Assembly: GCA_965197475.1 (NCBI GenBank)
Contig: CBDANF010000002.1
Location: 1,408,001 to 1,472,000, forward strand
DNA: 64,000 nt
Reading direction: 5' to 3'
DNA from: Candidatus Poribacteria bacterium
Lineage (GTDB): Bacteria > Poribacteria > WGA-4E > WGA-3G
The notes beneath the pieces are model-generated. The model saw nothing but the letters and a program-made list of their open reading frames with translations. It was not told where the DNA came from and did no database searches. Numbering within the stretch: the stretch's first letter is position 1; the number at the start of each line of letters is the position of its first letter. Position numbers and translations under genes: made by a program. This document shows, in pieces, positions 1 through 13,138 of the stretch.

Positions 1-431
1 CGTTCGCCGACATAGTCATAAAGTGGCACAGCCATCCCACAGGAAGTCTGCACGAGATCAACGTTGAGGTCAAAGATTTGCCTTGCACCGGGAATTGGCG
101 GGAATAGTGGAAAGAGAAGCTGCCATTCCACATCGTCATTGTGGATAGCCTTGGCAGTACCGTAGAGTCGGAGGATAATAGGGTTATCCTCAAATGCCGT
201 CCACATTAGCGTCATCCGTGGGTTTTCCTGAACGTGCGCTGCGGTTTCATTCCCACTTCCTGTCACGTTTAACCAGACAACGCGATTTGCACCAAGTACG
301 CGCAAGGAATCCATGCCTTTTGGAGAAAGGTTGATTCTACTGTCAGTTGTTGCTGTTGCGACAAAAAACATCTTTTGGTCTTCAATGAATTGCTGCAATT
401 TGGGTGGGATCTGTTTGTATAGTTTTGACAT
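1..431 (-). CDS. Pyridoxamine 5'-phosphate oxidase family protein (runs off the window edge)
   Basis: Manual translation from ATG at 431: MSKLYKQIPPKLQQFIEDQKMFFVATA...NLSPKG...GSGNETAAH...QTSCGMAVPLY, typical of this FMN-binding family. Not in the ORF track because it is edge-truncated. Confidence 0.85.
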   Translation of the reverse strand, partial: MSKLYKQIPPKLQQFIEDQKMFFVATATTDSRINLSPKGMDSLRVLGANRVVWLNVTGSGNETAAHVQENPRMTLMWTAFEDNPIILRLYGTAKAIHNDDVEWQLLFPLFPPIPGARQIFDLNVDLVQTSCGMAVPLYDYVGE

Positions 432-470
432 CGCACTGTTTATTTCTTGAGAATGACGGTGTATGAGACT

Positions 471-1100
471 TTAATCTCGATTTTTTAGTGCTGCCCAAGT
501 TGTTGCTAATTTGTCAGTGGGTTGAACAGCGTGTGGTTCTGCCCCTTCAATATCGCTTACATATTTTCCTTCATAGAGACGGATATGGTCAACCCATACA
601 TCAATCTTCTCTATCCCCATGATTATACCCGCGCGCGAATTTACGTCATCCACAGGCATCTCAAAGGTGATGAAAAATTCCTTCCACGTTTCAGATAGAC
701 TAATTGATCTCGCGCTGTATACATTCCACGGATCACCTTGATGCATAGTACGCATAGTGGCGTTTCTCTGTTTTCCACTCTTTGCCCACAAACTATAGGT
801 ATAGGTGGTGTCTTTCTCAAGTGTGAAGGGTTGCTGATAGAATTGTATGTGTCCTAATGCATTGCCTGCTTTACTGATTTTGATATAGGCAGCGTTTTTC
901 CCGATAACCGGTTCTGCCCTAACGCCTTCCGTTAGGAAAGCTGCGGTAGCACTTTCGTGTGTCCAGTGGTGCCATTGGTCAAGATGATCGTTAAATCACC
1001 GTTCTTGAGGATATTTTCTGGTGGTTCCGCGGCGTATGTAAGCGTTGCGAGTCCGAACAACCCTATCAACACAAATAGACAGATATAAATCGAAACGCCC
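471..1100 (-). pseudogene. Secreted CBM4/9-like carbohydrate-binding protein, frameshifted near 992 and lacking a clear start codon
   Basis: Signal peptide GVSIYICLFVLIGLFGLATLTYA-AEPPENILKNGD is in one frame. The continuation NDHLDQWHHW...QFYQQPFTLEKDTTYTYSLWAKS...WVDHIRLYEG...AVQPTDKLATTWAALK is in another frame. Confidence 0.7.
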
Positions 1101-1973
1101 TTAGTTGTGTTCACCTTCACCCTTCCGGTTATGCTCACCTCTATGTTCTGAGTCATGCTCACCATGTTCTTTCCCATGGCTATGTTCACCTTCGCCGACT
1201 TCGGGATGTGCAGTCCATCCATCAAAATCCGTGCTTGTTGCGTTGAGTTGAACTTCTCTTTTTTCACCGGATGCAAGGTCATCTGGTTTGGTTGGACCGA
1301 GTTCCTTTCCGTTGGACAAGTGAGCTTCAACCCTAACTTGCTTCAAGGTTTCATCGGTGGTGTTTTCTATGGTGCCTTCAAAGGTATTGTTTTGCGCGTT
1401 GTAATTCATGATGAGTCGCACGCCATTTCTGACCTTATCGTAGGTTTGATTTAGCGCAAGTTTAGCTCCTGATTCTTCTTCGCCTTCACCCTTTCGGTTA
1501 TGCTCTTTCTCACCTTCCCGGTCATGCTCACCTCTATGTTCTGAGTCATGCTCACCATGTTCTTTCCCATGGCTATGTTCACCTTCGCCGACTTCGGGAT
1601 GTGCAGTCCATCTGTCAAAGTCCTTACTTTTTGCGATGAGTTGAACATCCGTTTTTTCACCGGATGCAAGGTCAACCGAGGGTGTCGGACCGAGCTCTTT
1701 CCCGTTAGACAAGTGAGCTTCAACCCTAACCTGCTTCAAGGTTTCATCGGTGGTGTTTTCTATGGTGCCTTCAAAGGTATTGTTTTGCGCGTTGTAATTC
1801 ATGATGAGTCGCACGCCATTTCTGACCTTATCGTAGGTTTGATTTAGCGCAAGTTCAGCCCCTGATTCTTCTTCAACGTTTTCAGTGGACTGTTTTGCCA
1901 TCTTTGCACAACCGATAATAACGGCAACTAATAACACAGCAATGAGAATTGCATTCAATTGATTCATATTCAT
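1101..1973 (-). CDS. Lipoprotein with two tandem FxLYD-like beta domains, each followed by a His/Glu-rich tail
   Basis: Lipobox VIIGC; 393-bp internal repeat; GTIENTTDETLKQVRVEAHLSNGKELG motif; HSHGKEHGEHDSEH tails. Confidence 0.75.
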   Translation of the reverse strand: MNMNQLNAILIAVLLVAVIIGCAKMAKQSTENVEEESGAELALNQTYDKVRNGVRLIMNYNAQNNTFEGTIENTTDETLKQVRVEAHLSNGKELGPTPSVDLASGEKTDVQLIAKSKDFDRWTAHPEVGEGEHSHGKEHGEHDSEHRGEHDREGEKEHNRKGEGEEESGAKLALNQTYDKVRNGVRLIMNYNAQNNTFEGTIENTTDETLKQVRVEAHLSNGKELGPTKPDDLASGEKREVQLNATSTDFDGWTAHPEVGEGEHSHGKEHGEHDSEHRGEHNRKGEGEHN

Positions 1974-2171
1974 TAGGTATCTCCCTATCTGAAATGTTGG
2001 TTTATGTCAGTTAATTTTCAATTACTACGCCTACTGGGTAAATTGTGTGGCTTGACTGCACATCTGACACATTTTCGAGTGGACCTAAGTTCGCTACTTG
2101 AATATTAGAAATGTGCAGATGCGTTCAAGACAGAAACATTGTATCACATACTCTGTCTCTATAGATAGGAT

Positions 2172-2210
2172 TCCCAGCATCGACCTACTTTCCCACGAGG
2201 TCGCCCCGAG
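2172..2210 (-). repeat. Degenerate copy of the 5S rRNA 3' end
   Basis: tcccagcatcgacctactttcccacgaggtcgcccc vs 2851 tcccggcaacgacctactttcccgcggggttgcccc (31/36 identical by eye). Confidence 0.75.
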
Positions 2211-2217
2211 ACTGTGA

Positions 2218-2622
2218 CTAATGCTCACTACCTCCTACTTCGGGATGTGCAGTCCACCCATCAAAGTTCGTACTTGTTGCGATGAGCTGGACTGTTTTTT
2301 TTTCACCGGGGGCAAGATCGACCAAGGGTGTCGGACCGAGCTCTTTCCCGTTTGATAAGTGGACTTCAACTAGAACCTGTTTCAAAGTTTCGTCAGTGGT
2401 GTTTTCTATGGTGCCTTTAAAGGTATTGCTTTGTGCGTTGTAATTCATGATGAGGCGCACGCCGTTTCTGACCTTATCGTAGGTTTCGTCCAGCGCGAGT
2501 TCAACGTTAGATTCTTCACCCTCTTCGCTAATGAGCAGGTCGTCTGTCCTTGAACAGCTGCTCATAACGGAAACTATCGCCACGATGGCAATTGCAGCAA
2601 GAATTCTCAAAATTTGTGTCAT
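2218..2622 (-). CDS. Lipoprotein, single-domain paralog of 1101-1973 without the His tail
   Basis: Lipobox MSSC; the domain is nearly identical to the repeats of the neighbouring gene. Confidence 0.75.
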   Translation of the reverse strand: MTQILRILAAIAIVAIVSVMSSCSRTDDLLISEEGEESNVELALDETYDKVRNGVRLIMNYNAQSNTFKGTIENTTDETLKQVLVEVHLSNGKELGPTPLVDLAPGEKKTVQLIATSTNFDGWTAHPEVGGSEH

Positions 2623-2805
2623 GGATATTTTCCTTCCTTATTGTAGGCACTCTCCCGAGCGCAAAAATGTGAATTATACCAAATTAGCAAACTTCAACGT
2701 GATAAGTTGACTCCAACGTGGATTTGCTTCAAAGTTTTTTCGTCCACTGCCATGCTTAATGCTGCGGCGGAGAACAGAATTCCCCTAGCTAAGATGACTG
2801 TTGCT

Positions 2806-2843
2806 AAAAAACCAAAAAGGGTAGATGATTAACCTACCCTTTG
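2806..2843 (-). terminator. Intrinsic terminator of the rRNA unit
   Basis: Stem aaagggtag/ctacccttt followed by T-runs on the minus strand, just downstream of 5S. Confidence 0.65.
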
Positions 2844-2850
2844 AAAAGAA

Positions 2851-2967
2851 TCCCGGCAACGACCTACTTTCCCGCGGGGTTGCCCCCGAAGTATCATCAG
2901 TGCTGAAGGACTTAACTACCGTGTTCGGAATGGGTACGGGTGGGTCCCCTTCGCTATAGCCACCGGA
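2851..2967 (-). rRNA. rrf: 5S rRNA
   Basis: Minus strand reads CCGGTGGCTATAGCG...CCCATTCCGAACACGGTAGTTAAG...GGGAAAGTAGGTCGTTGCCGG. Confidence 0.97.
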
Positions 2968-3030
2968 AAGGTGTATAAAAATATTTGACAACTGTATAGG
3001 TAATGAGGGGTCGGTAGAGAAAGATATAAT

Positions 3031-6020
<2,990 letters not shown>

Positions 6021-6114
6021 GTGATATCTTTATTCTTCTACCGATTTACCCTCTCTATACAGTTGTCAAAGAACGCCGCCTATTATCAGAAGTCAAAACA
6101 CTTCTTTTAGGCGA

Positions 6115-6187
6115 TGGAGATGAGCGGAGTTGAACCGCTGACCTACTGCGTGCAAAGCAGTTGCTCTCCCAGCTGAGCTACACCCCC
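6115..6187 (-). tRNA. tRNA-Ala(TGC), CCA not encoded
   Basis: GGGGGTGTAGCTCAGCTGGGAGAGCAACTGCTTTGCACGCAGTAGGTCAGCGGTTCAACTCCGCTCATCTCCA folds as a cloverleaf. Confidence 0.96.
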
Positions 6188-6193
6188 TCGCGC

Positions 6194-6365
6194 ATGGTAT
6201 ATTAGTATACCACTAAATCCAACATAAATCAAATTCTCTTCAAATGGTATATTAGTATACCATAGAATCCAACATAAGTCAAATTTATTTTCAAAGAACG
6301 GGATTTAATAAAACTTCAATCCCTAAGCAGATTTTAAGTATACCACATAACGTGGTAGATGTCAA
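6194..6365 (-). promoter_or_regulatory. Three tandem sigma70 promoters for tRNA-Ala-23S-5S
   Basis: TTGACA-17-TATACT (6365-6337), TTGACT-17-TATACT and TTGATT-17-TATACT; the last two lie in a 50-bp direct repeat. Confidence 0.8.
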
Positions 6366-6404
6366 ATTTATTTTACAAAAAATGAAACTGTGTCGTTGTT
6401 ACAT

Positions 6405-6668
6405 TATAGTGAAATCTAAAATTACCTTTACAGTTCTCTATAGGTTTGATGCGTTTGTAGTCGCGCAATTCATTGTGCCTCTTACATATACTGGTAAGCG
6501 CGCTTTTACGAAGTTTAAGTATTTAAATCGGTAATCCCGATTTCCCATGTCCGCTAGGTGCGGTTTCCTAACCGCACCTAGCATTGATAAGAAATTACCG
6601 AATTATTTTTTTAATCTTCATTTAAGCGCGCTGTTAACAGTGTTCAAGTTATTATACGCTTTACTATA
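6405..6668. mobile_element. Nested MITE/REP element
   Basis: Outer TATAGT...ACTATA ends. Inner inverted repeat ...TCGGTAAT/ATTACCGA... flanked by the direct repeat TAAGCGCGCT (6495, 6623). Central perfect hairpin at 6553-6582. Confidence 0.65.
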
Positions 6669-6734
6669 AGTTTTTACAGATTTAATTTGACTTTTGAGGT
6701 TGGATTGAGTAAAATTAACCACAATTAATTTGTT

Positions 6735-6776
6735 GCGTTACTAAATTTGATATAGCGTTACTAAATTTGATATAGC
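6735..6776. repeat. 20-bp tandem duplication
   Basis: gcgttactaaatttgatata occurs twice. Confidence 0.85.
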
Positions 6777-6823
6777 TTAATATGGCTTTTCGGTTTAGGT
6801 ATTTTACTGCGGAAAACACATGC

Positions 6824-7420
6824 ATGAAAAAACACTCCATTCGTTATTCTTTTATTTTCTTGATTTATCTGTTAGTCTTACTATCGTTTTTATCTGAAGC
6901 AATAGCATAATCCGTTAACATTTATGGATGTAAGGGCGAGTCCAAAGTTTTTTACGGTAACGGTTATAGAAACCACACTTCCTCCACAACAGCAGCAAGA
7001 AACGCCAACACAACAACAAGAACCACCATCACAGCAAAATCAGGAAACACAACAGCAACCTGATCCAGTCCCAGTGTCAGCACCTTAAGGAGCCACCCAC
7101 CGTCCTCAGTAAACTTTCTGAACCCGGACAAATCGGTTTCAGTGAGTTGATGTTCACTACCAAAGGAGGGCAAGATCCTCTTCCACAGTGGATAGGACTT
7201 TACAACAACTCCGACACAGAAGCGATAAATCTCAAAGGTTGGAAACTCGAAATAGAGACACGCGACAAAAATGGTAACCATCGACACGTTGTGATCTCGC
7301 TTGAAGATTTGCATATCTTGCCAAAATAGATGGCACTCATAGTGACATGGACAGGACGGAACTCTGAAGATATCCCGGAAGATTACGTCTACAAATTTTT
7401 CGATCAGCACTTTGACCGGG
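6824..7420 (+). pseudogene. Decayed secreted lamin-tail-domain-like protein
   Basis: Signal peptide MKKHSIRYSFIFLIYLLVLLSFLSEAIA, a Q/P-rich linker, then GQIGFSELMFT...PQWIGLYNNS..AINLKGWKLEI. Several internal stops. Confidence 0.6.
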
Positions 7421-8115
7421 ACCTTGAGGACCCCATCGCCTTGATTATGACGCACTCAAGCAACATTTCGCTGATTTTCCCGATAGCACACAAATGGAGC
7501 GTGCTGCTCACTTCAGTGTTTCCAAGCACTGTATCTGGTATGCGCTTAACAAACTCAACATCACGCGAAAAAAAGACACTCACGTATAAGGAACAATGTC
7601 CCCTAAAACGGGAAGCGTCCCTCAACGCACTTCAGACAGCACAGCAGTGCTGGAAAACACCCATTTTTGTTGACGAAAGTGGATTTACCACAGAAGCACC
7701 CGAAGGTATGCTTATGCGCCGAGAGGCATTTGTGTTGAAGATAAAGTCTCAAGCAATCGGTATAGATGCGCCTCTTTGATTGCAGCACACATTGCGGGTT
7801 GTTTTAGAGTGCCTGTGCTCTTTGAAGGTGCTTGCGATGGCAGTGCCTTCAATGCGTGGCTCAAGCAGATGTTATGCCCGCTGCTTGATGAAACCCATGT
7901 CGTGATTTTGGATAATGCGTCCTTTCACAAAGGCACAGAGACAGAAGCGATTATTGCTGCGTGTGGTGTGAGTTTACTGTGTTTACCACCATATGCCCCA
8001 GAACTGAACCCGATTGAGAAAGATTTCGCCAACATCAAGCGGATACGAGAATACAACACAGAGACATCTATTGATGAATAATAAAAATGTATAAGCAATT
8101 ATGGATTTCACTATA
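7420..8115 (+). mobile_element. Degenerate IS630-family element (left boundary approximate)
   Basis: IFVDESGF, ILDNASFHK and LPPYAPELNPIEK motifs lie in broken frames; right end AATTATGGATTTCACTATA (8097-8115). Confidence 0.85.
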
Positions 8116-8126
8116 AAATAGCGGTA

Positions 8127-8450
8127 TTATGAATTATTTCCATTCAAACTTTGCGGCTGAAGTCGCCCCGTCATCATTACTCTTCTTTGGTGTTGGATAA
8201 CCATGTTGACAGTAATGCGGTATACCCATGTCTCCAAAGATACCTTGAAGCCATACTTGGGTAATGCATTGAGCACTTTTTCTACTATCTGGGACTCCAA
8301 CACTTTTTCATCTTTATCAGAACCCTGAATCCCTCTCTTTTTGATAGTGGGAAGTGCCGCCGATTTTATCCGATCTTTTAGCATGTCCACCGCTTCGGTA
8401 TCGCCTTCTATCGCGGCTTTTATCAAATTTTCATCTGAAATCTTTGACAT
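8127..8450 (-). CDS. ECF sigma factor region-2-only protein (possibly truncated)
   Basis: SDENLIKAAIEGD and F..SLETWVYRITVN motifs; no region 4; ends beside the IS630 end. Confidence 0.6.
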   Translation of the reverse strand: MSKISDENLIKAAIEGDTEAVDMLKDRIKSAALPTIKKRGIQGSDKDEKVLESQIVEKVLNALPKYGFKVSLETWVYRITVNMVIQHQRRVMMTGRLQPQSLNGNNS

Positions 8451-8538
8451 GATTAAAATCCTCCTTTTTCTAAAGTTTAGCGCAAATTTATCTCAGTTGT
8501 CAAGCAATTGTTGCATTCTTCTTGGAAGAGTTTCAATA

Positions 8539-10710
8539 TCAACCAATAAACGGTTTGACATCCCATAGCAGAATAGTGCCATCGTAACTTCCACTTGCCA
8601 GAAGTTCGCCATCCGGTGAAAAATCAATTGACCAAACATCAGTAGGGTGTCCCCAGAAGGTATGGATATTTTCTCCTGTATTAATATCCCACAAACGGAC
8701 AGACACTTTTTCTTGTCCATCTTGCCATTGTGCACCTACAGCGAGATATTTACCACAAGGAGAAAACCTAAGGGTCTGAGGTCTTTGACATCCGATAGGT
8801 GGAATTATCACCATACGTGATTCTAAGGTAGTTGCATCCCAGAATCTTATTTCACCCATTTTGCCATGTCGTATCCCGCCAGCAATAAGAGTGCCACAGC
8901 GCGAGAATCTTAGTGTCCAAAGTCGTGGATGGGACGTTTCTGGTTGTTCGTAGAGCCTATGTATATTCTGTTGTGTCGCCTTATATAAAGATGTATCTAA
9001 ACACACCGTTGTATCAAGTGCACCGATTTGTTTGCCACTTTTAATATCCCAGACGAGAGTTGGTCCATCAAGCACGCTGCTGATTAGATGATTACCGTTC
9101 GGCTGAAATCGTAGTTGCCAACGTTTAGAACTTTGCACCACTGAAAGTGGCACGTGGTGGCGTTTTTCCCACCGTATGGTATCCCATATTGTGAAGCTAT
9201 CTCCATAGAAACTGACAAAATATTCACCTGTTCGTGAGAATCCCATTCTATTAATTCTGGAGGGGTTTTGAGAAAGTTCAGCGATTTGTGTGCTGGATGC
9301 AAGGTGCCAGATATTAATGATTTTTCGAATATTGGTAGTGACAAGGTATTCTTCTGCTGGTGAAAACGTCATCCGAGTCACCCCTTTATGTTTTTCTGTG
9401 AGTTCTGCGACTTGGGTATCTGACACGAGATTCCAAACTCTAATAATTCTATTTTCTTCTGAGGCTGCGAGTAGTTCCCTACTGCGAGAGATAGATATCA
9501 CACCAAGTGAATTGGGACGTGTAAGGTTAAATGTTTGTTTCACCTGTTGATGCACAATATCCCATAACCGATATCCGGTAGGATCGTGACTGCTGATCAA
9601 TGTGCGACTGTCTTTGGAAAAGCGAACATAAACTACGCCTCTTGATATATGTGTAGGCAGAGGCTTAACCGTTGAAGGGTTACCCCGCGTCCATACTTGC
9701 AGTTCTCCGTATTTATTTCTGATGGCAAATTGTGTTCCATCAGATGAAAAACAACCATTTAATGGTATCCAAGATTCCAGGGTATCCACCGTTTCCTGCC
9801 GCGTTGTATCCCAGATCATCACTTTACCCTTAGATATACCAGCAATTTGTAAGGTGCCATCCGGTGTATAAACGGGGACACGAAACGTTCCTTGCGTGTT
9901 ACTGTCACAATAGGCTGTTGGAGCTATTTCTAAGGTACCGTTCTGAATATTCCAAACGTGGAGCTTGTTACCTCGATTGCAAGCAGCAAGATACTTTCCA
10001 CACGGAGAAAACACGAGTTTGTAGCAGCCTTCTCCTGGTGTATCGGTGTAATCATCACGTAGTTTAGCGATGTGTTCGCCAGTTTCTACATGCATCACGG
10101 ATGTGATATTCGCTTCAGGTGTATATGCGACAAGACTTCCATCAGGTGAAAGAGCTGTAGGGTGGACGTCCCGTTTTCCTGGTTTCGGTTGAACAGTATA
10201 ACTTGCAATGGGTGTGTCGGTATTTTCTTGCCAATCGTATACGGTAAAATGCCTACCACTACCATTATCACGGGAAATTAAATTGGAGCGTGTTAAGTGC
10301 TGCCCGTCCTGTGAAAAGAGTAGATTGCCGGATAATCCCAACACGCCTTCTGGATTTTTAGGTTTATCTATGTTGGCAACACATTGCAGGTTTTGTGTAT
10401 CAAATACCTTCACATCTCCATTCCAGTTTCCGGTAGCAAGCCATCGGGCATCTTGTGAAAAGGCGATGTCGTATAGTATTCCTTGCTCGGAATTCCACCA
10501 GGCGCGGAGTGTCATTGTATTTAGGTTATACCACCAGCAACCAATAGTCGTTGCAACAACAAGTGCCTCACCATCGGGTGAAAATGCCATTCCGCCGGTT
10601 ATCCACCCTCTGCCTAAACGGGCGATCGCGCCTTCAGGAAGATTCCAAGTAGTTATATCTGTGCTGTCAATAGGTCTAAATACGGAGGTTGCATGTTTTC
10701 TGTTTTCCAT
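8539..10710 (-). CDS. WD40 repeat protein
   Basis: LPEGAIARLGRG N-terminus, many FSPDG/WD repeats, GHPTDVWSIDFSPDGELLASGSYDGTILLWD. Start set at MENRKH with an AGGAGA RBS. Confidence 0.9.
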   Translation of the reverse strand: MENRKHATSVFRPIDSTDITTWNLPEGAIARLGRGWITGGMAFSPDGEALVVATTIGCWWYNLNTMTLRAWWNSEQGILYDIAFSQDARWLATGNWNGDVKVFDTQNLQCVANIDKPKNPEGVLGLSGNLLFSQDGQHLTRSNLISRDNGSGRHFTVYDWQENTDTPIASYTVQPKPGKRDVHPTALSPDGSLVAYTPEANITSVMHVETGEHIAKLRDDYTDTPGEGCYKLVFSPCGKYLAACNRGNKLHVWNIQNGTLEIAPTAYCDSNTQGTFRVPVYTPDGTLQIAGISKGKVMIWDTTRQETVDTLESWIPLNGCFSSDGTQFAIRNKYGELQVWTRGNPSTVKPLPTHISRGVVYVRFSKDSRTLISSHDPTGYRLWDIVHQQVKQTFNLTRPNSLGVISISRSRELLAASEENRIIRVWNLVSDTQVAELTEKHKGVTRMTFSPAEEYLVTTNIRKIINIWHLASSTQIAELSQNPSRINRMGFSRTGEYFVSFYGDSFTIWDTIRWEKRHHVPLSVVQSSKRWQLRFQPNGNHLISSVLDGPTLVWDIKSGKQIGALDTTVCLDTSLYKATQQNIHRLYEQPETSHPRLWTLRFSRCGTLIAGGIRHGKMGEIRFWDATTLESRMVIIPPIGCQRPQTLRFSPCGKYLAVGAQWQDGQEKVSVRLWDINTGENIHTFWGHPTDVWSIDFSPDGELLASGSYDGTILLWDVKPFIG

Positions 10711-10847
10711 AGAGATGTCTCCTTTTATTGCCAATGGACACGCGAGATATGACACCCGCGTGCACCGAAGTATTATGTAAAATTGACTAAGAGAGTTATG
10801 CGATGCAAGCAGCATCGCTATGTAATAGATGAATTGACAAGGAATAT

Positions 10848-11655
10848 TTAAGGGTCAATAAACGGTTTCATATCCCAAAGCAGGATAGTGCCGTCGTAGC
10901 TACTACTTGCCAAAAGTGCGCCATCCTTTGAAAAAGCGAGATTTTGCACATCCGAGGTATGCCCCCAGAAGGTATGGATGTTTTCCCCAGTGGCAACCTC
11001 CCACAAACGGATGGAGACTTTGTCTGTTTTCCGCCACCAAGAACCGGAGGCAAGATACCGACCACATGGTGAAAACACCACGACACCAACATGGGAGCAA
11101 CTCTCAGGTAGAATCATCCCCATGTGAGGCTCCAAAGTTGCAGCGTCCCACAGATGAATCCCACCGTATAATCCAGCAGCCAAAAAAGTACCGCAAGGTG
11201 AAAATGTAATCGAATGGAGATACTTTGAAGGTTTGTAACGTGGCTGGATTTGTCTCTGGATTTGTCGCATATCTCCTTTATATAGGGCAACAAAGGTGGA
11301 ATCTACAGCAGGTGAACCGAGTTGTTCACCACTCGTAACGTCCCAAATAGATATACCATATCTCCCGTCAGCAGTAGCGAATCGCTTTCCGTTGGGGTGA
11401 AAGGCTGTTGTCCGAAGCGGCTCTGCATGCTCTATAAATGCGTGCTGCTTTTCCCAACCTTGGACACGCCACACAACAAGTTTTCCATCTATATCACCGC
11501 TGATGAGGTGTTCCCCTGATGGTGAAAACACCACGGTGGTGATAAGGCTTTGGTGTCCGGTGAGTTCTGCTATTCGGGTTCCGGAGGTGATGTTCCAGAC
11601 TTCAAGCGTTTGCCCATTTTCTCCGATGAGTGCCAACAATTCTTCACAAGGAGAC
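10848..11655 (-). pseudogene. WD40 repeat protein, 5' part removed at the IS3 boundary
   Basis: Paralogous to the C-terminal part of 8539-10710; homology stops at the IS3 left inverted repeat. Confidence 0.8.
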
Positions 11656-12900
11656 TGTACTGCCACCGGAAATTCGGGCCGCTCTCTAAGACAAGATTAT
11701 GGTATAATATCCATCTCCTTGAAAGGAGTATCCGATGGCGAAACGAAAACGAAGAAACTTCACCCCCGAGTTTAAAGCCGAAGTTGTTCTTGAGGCTCTC
11801 AGCGTTGAAAGTTCCCAAGCAGAAGTGTGTCGGCGACATAACCTCATCGATGAACAACTTTCAAAGTGGAAGCGACAGCTTCTTGAAAAAGCGGCGACCC
11901 TCTTTGAACCCGCTGATAAACAGTCTGATGCCTCTGCGGAGCGGATCGCCCAACTTGAGCAACTCGTTGGGCGGTTGACCTTGGCACTTGACATCCAAAA
12001 AAAAGCCTCAACTTACTTGAGTTAGCCTCGATGGAGCAGCGAGAAATGGTTACGGCATTACGGACAGACTTTTCGGTTCGGCAGATATGTGAGACACTCG
12101 GTTTCAACCGAAGCAACCTCTATTATCACTCCAAGCAGGCCCCGTGTGAAGCGGGCCTCCAGGATGAAATAGAGACGTTATCTTTGCTATATCCAACATA
12201 CGGATATAGGCGTCCCACACAGTTGTTGGTGCGTAACGGATACACCATCGGGTATAAACGTGTTGCCCGATTGATGAAGTCCGCCAACCTCTCGGTTTCT
12301 GTCAAGCGTGTCTGTCAAACCACGACATCCGTTGCGGGTGTGCGTCCCTGGAGCAATCGCCTTGAAAACCTTGATGTCTCCCGATGTGATCAGGCCTGGG
12401 TGGGCGATATTACCTACGTCCGCCTCAAAGGACACTTTATCTATGTTTGTCTGCTCATGGATGTCTTCACTCGCATGATCAGAGGGTGGCATATCAGTCA
12501 ACACTTGACGCAATCTCTGACGTTGAAACCCTTGGAGACAGCATTATGTCAAAGTGTCCCAGAGATCCATCATTCTGATCAAGGCGTTCAATATCTTTCA
12601 AATGCGTCCATCTCACTGCTTAGGCATCATGGGATTGAGATTTCAGTCGCCCGGAGAGGGTGTCCTTGGGAGAACGGATATGCTGAAAGACTTATCCGCA
12701 CGCTCAAGGAAGAAGAAGTTCATCTCAATGACTATGAGGACATCCACGAAGCAAGAACCCGCATTGGGCATTTTATTACACAAGTGTATAATCACAAACG
12801 CCCTCACTCTGCGTTAGGGTATTTGACACCTGTGGAATTTGAGCAAAAAAACTTGTCTTAACTTTGCTAAATTTTGGTCTGAATAAACGGTAGCACTTCA
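11656..12900 (+). mobile_element. IS3-family insertion sequence (orfA 11735-12025, orfB 12031-12861)
   Basis: TG...CA imperfect inverted repeats (tgtactgccaccggaaattcgggcc / ggtctgaataaacggtagcacttca). HTH orfA and rve integrase orfB (WVGDITY, HHSDQG, ENGYAER). A8 slippery tract at about 11997-12004. Confidence 0.93.
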
Positions 12901-13129
12901 CGTCTTTATATTGTATATTTCCTATAGGAAATGTTTCTGGGTTCTTAGGTACTTCTCCATTGTTTTGAAGCTCTAATACTTTGTAAGGATTAGTTGGATA
13001 TAAATAACCTGTTTCATCTTGAAATTTGATATAATCACCTATTGTTACTTCTGTTTTATCTAACCAAAATTCGTTTTCTATGAGAATCATATTGTCTTTG
13101 TTTATAGGATCTATCAATATATTAGACAT
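12901..13129 (-). pseudogene. FGE/SUMF1-domain fragment cut by the IS3
   Basis: FWLDKTEVTIGDYIKF...FPIGNIQYKD resembles the F.IDK.EVT..QY..F...PV..V.W.DA motif; AT-rich. Confidence 0.55.
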
Positions 13130-13138
13130 TATAATGAT

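Noticed and set aside
6964-7455. 163-aa minus-strand ORF
   Set aside because: Antisense to the decayed lamin-tail-like gene, whose motifs are on the plus strand.
12901-13129. DGR target (FGE-type C-lectin fold)
   Set aside because: Only an N-terminal fragment is present, with no variable/template repeat or reverse transcriptase.
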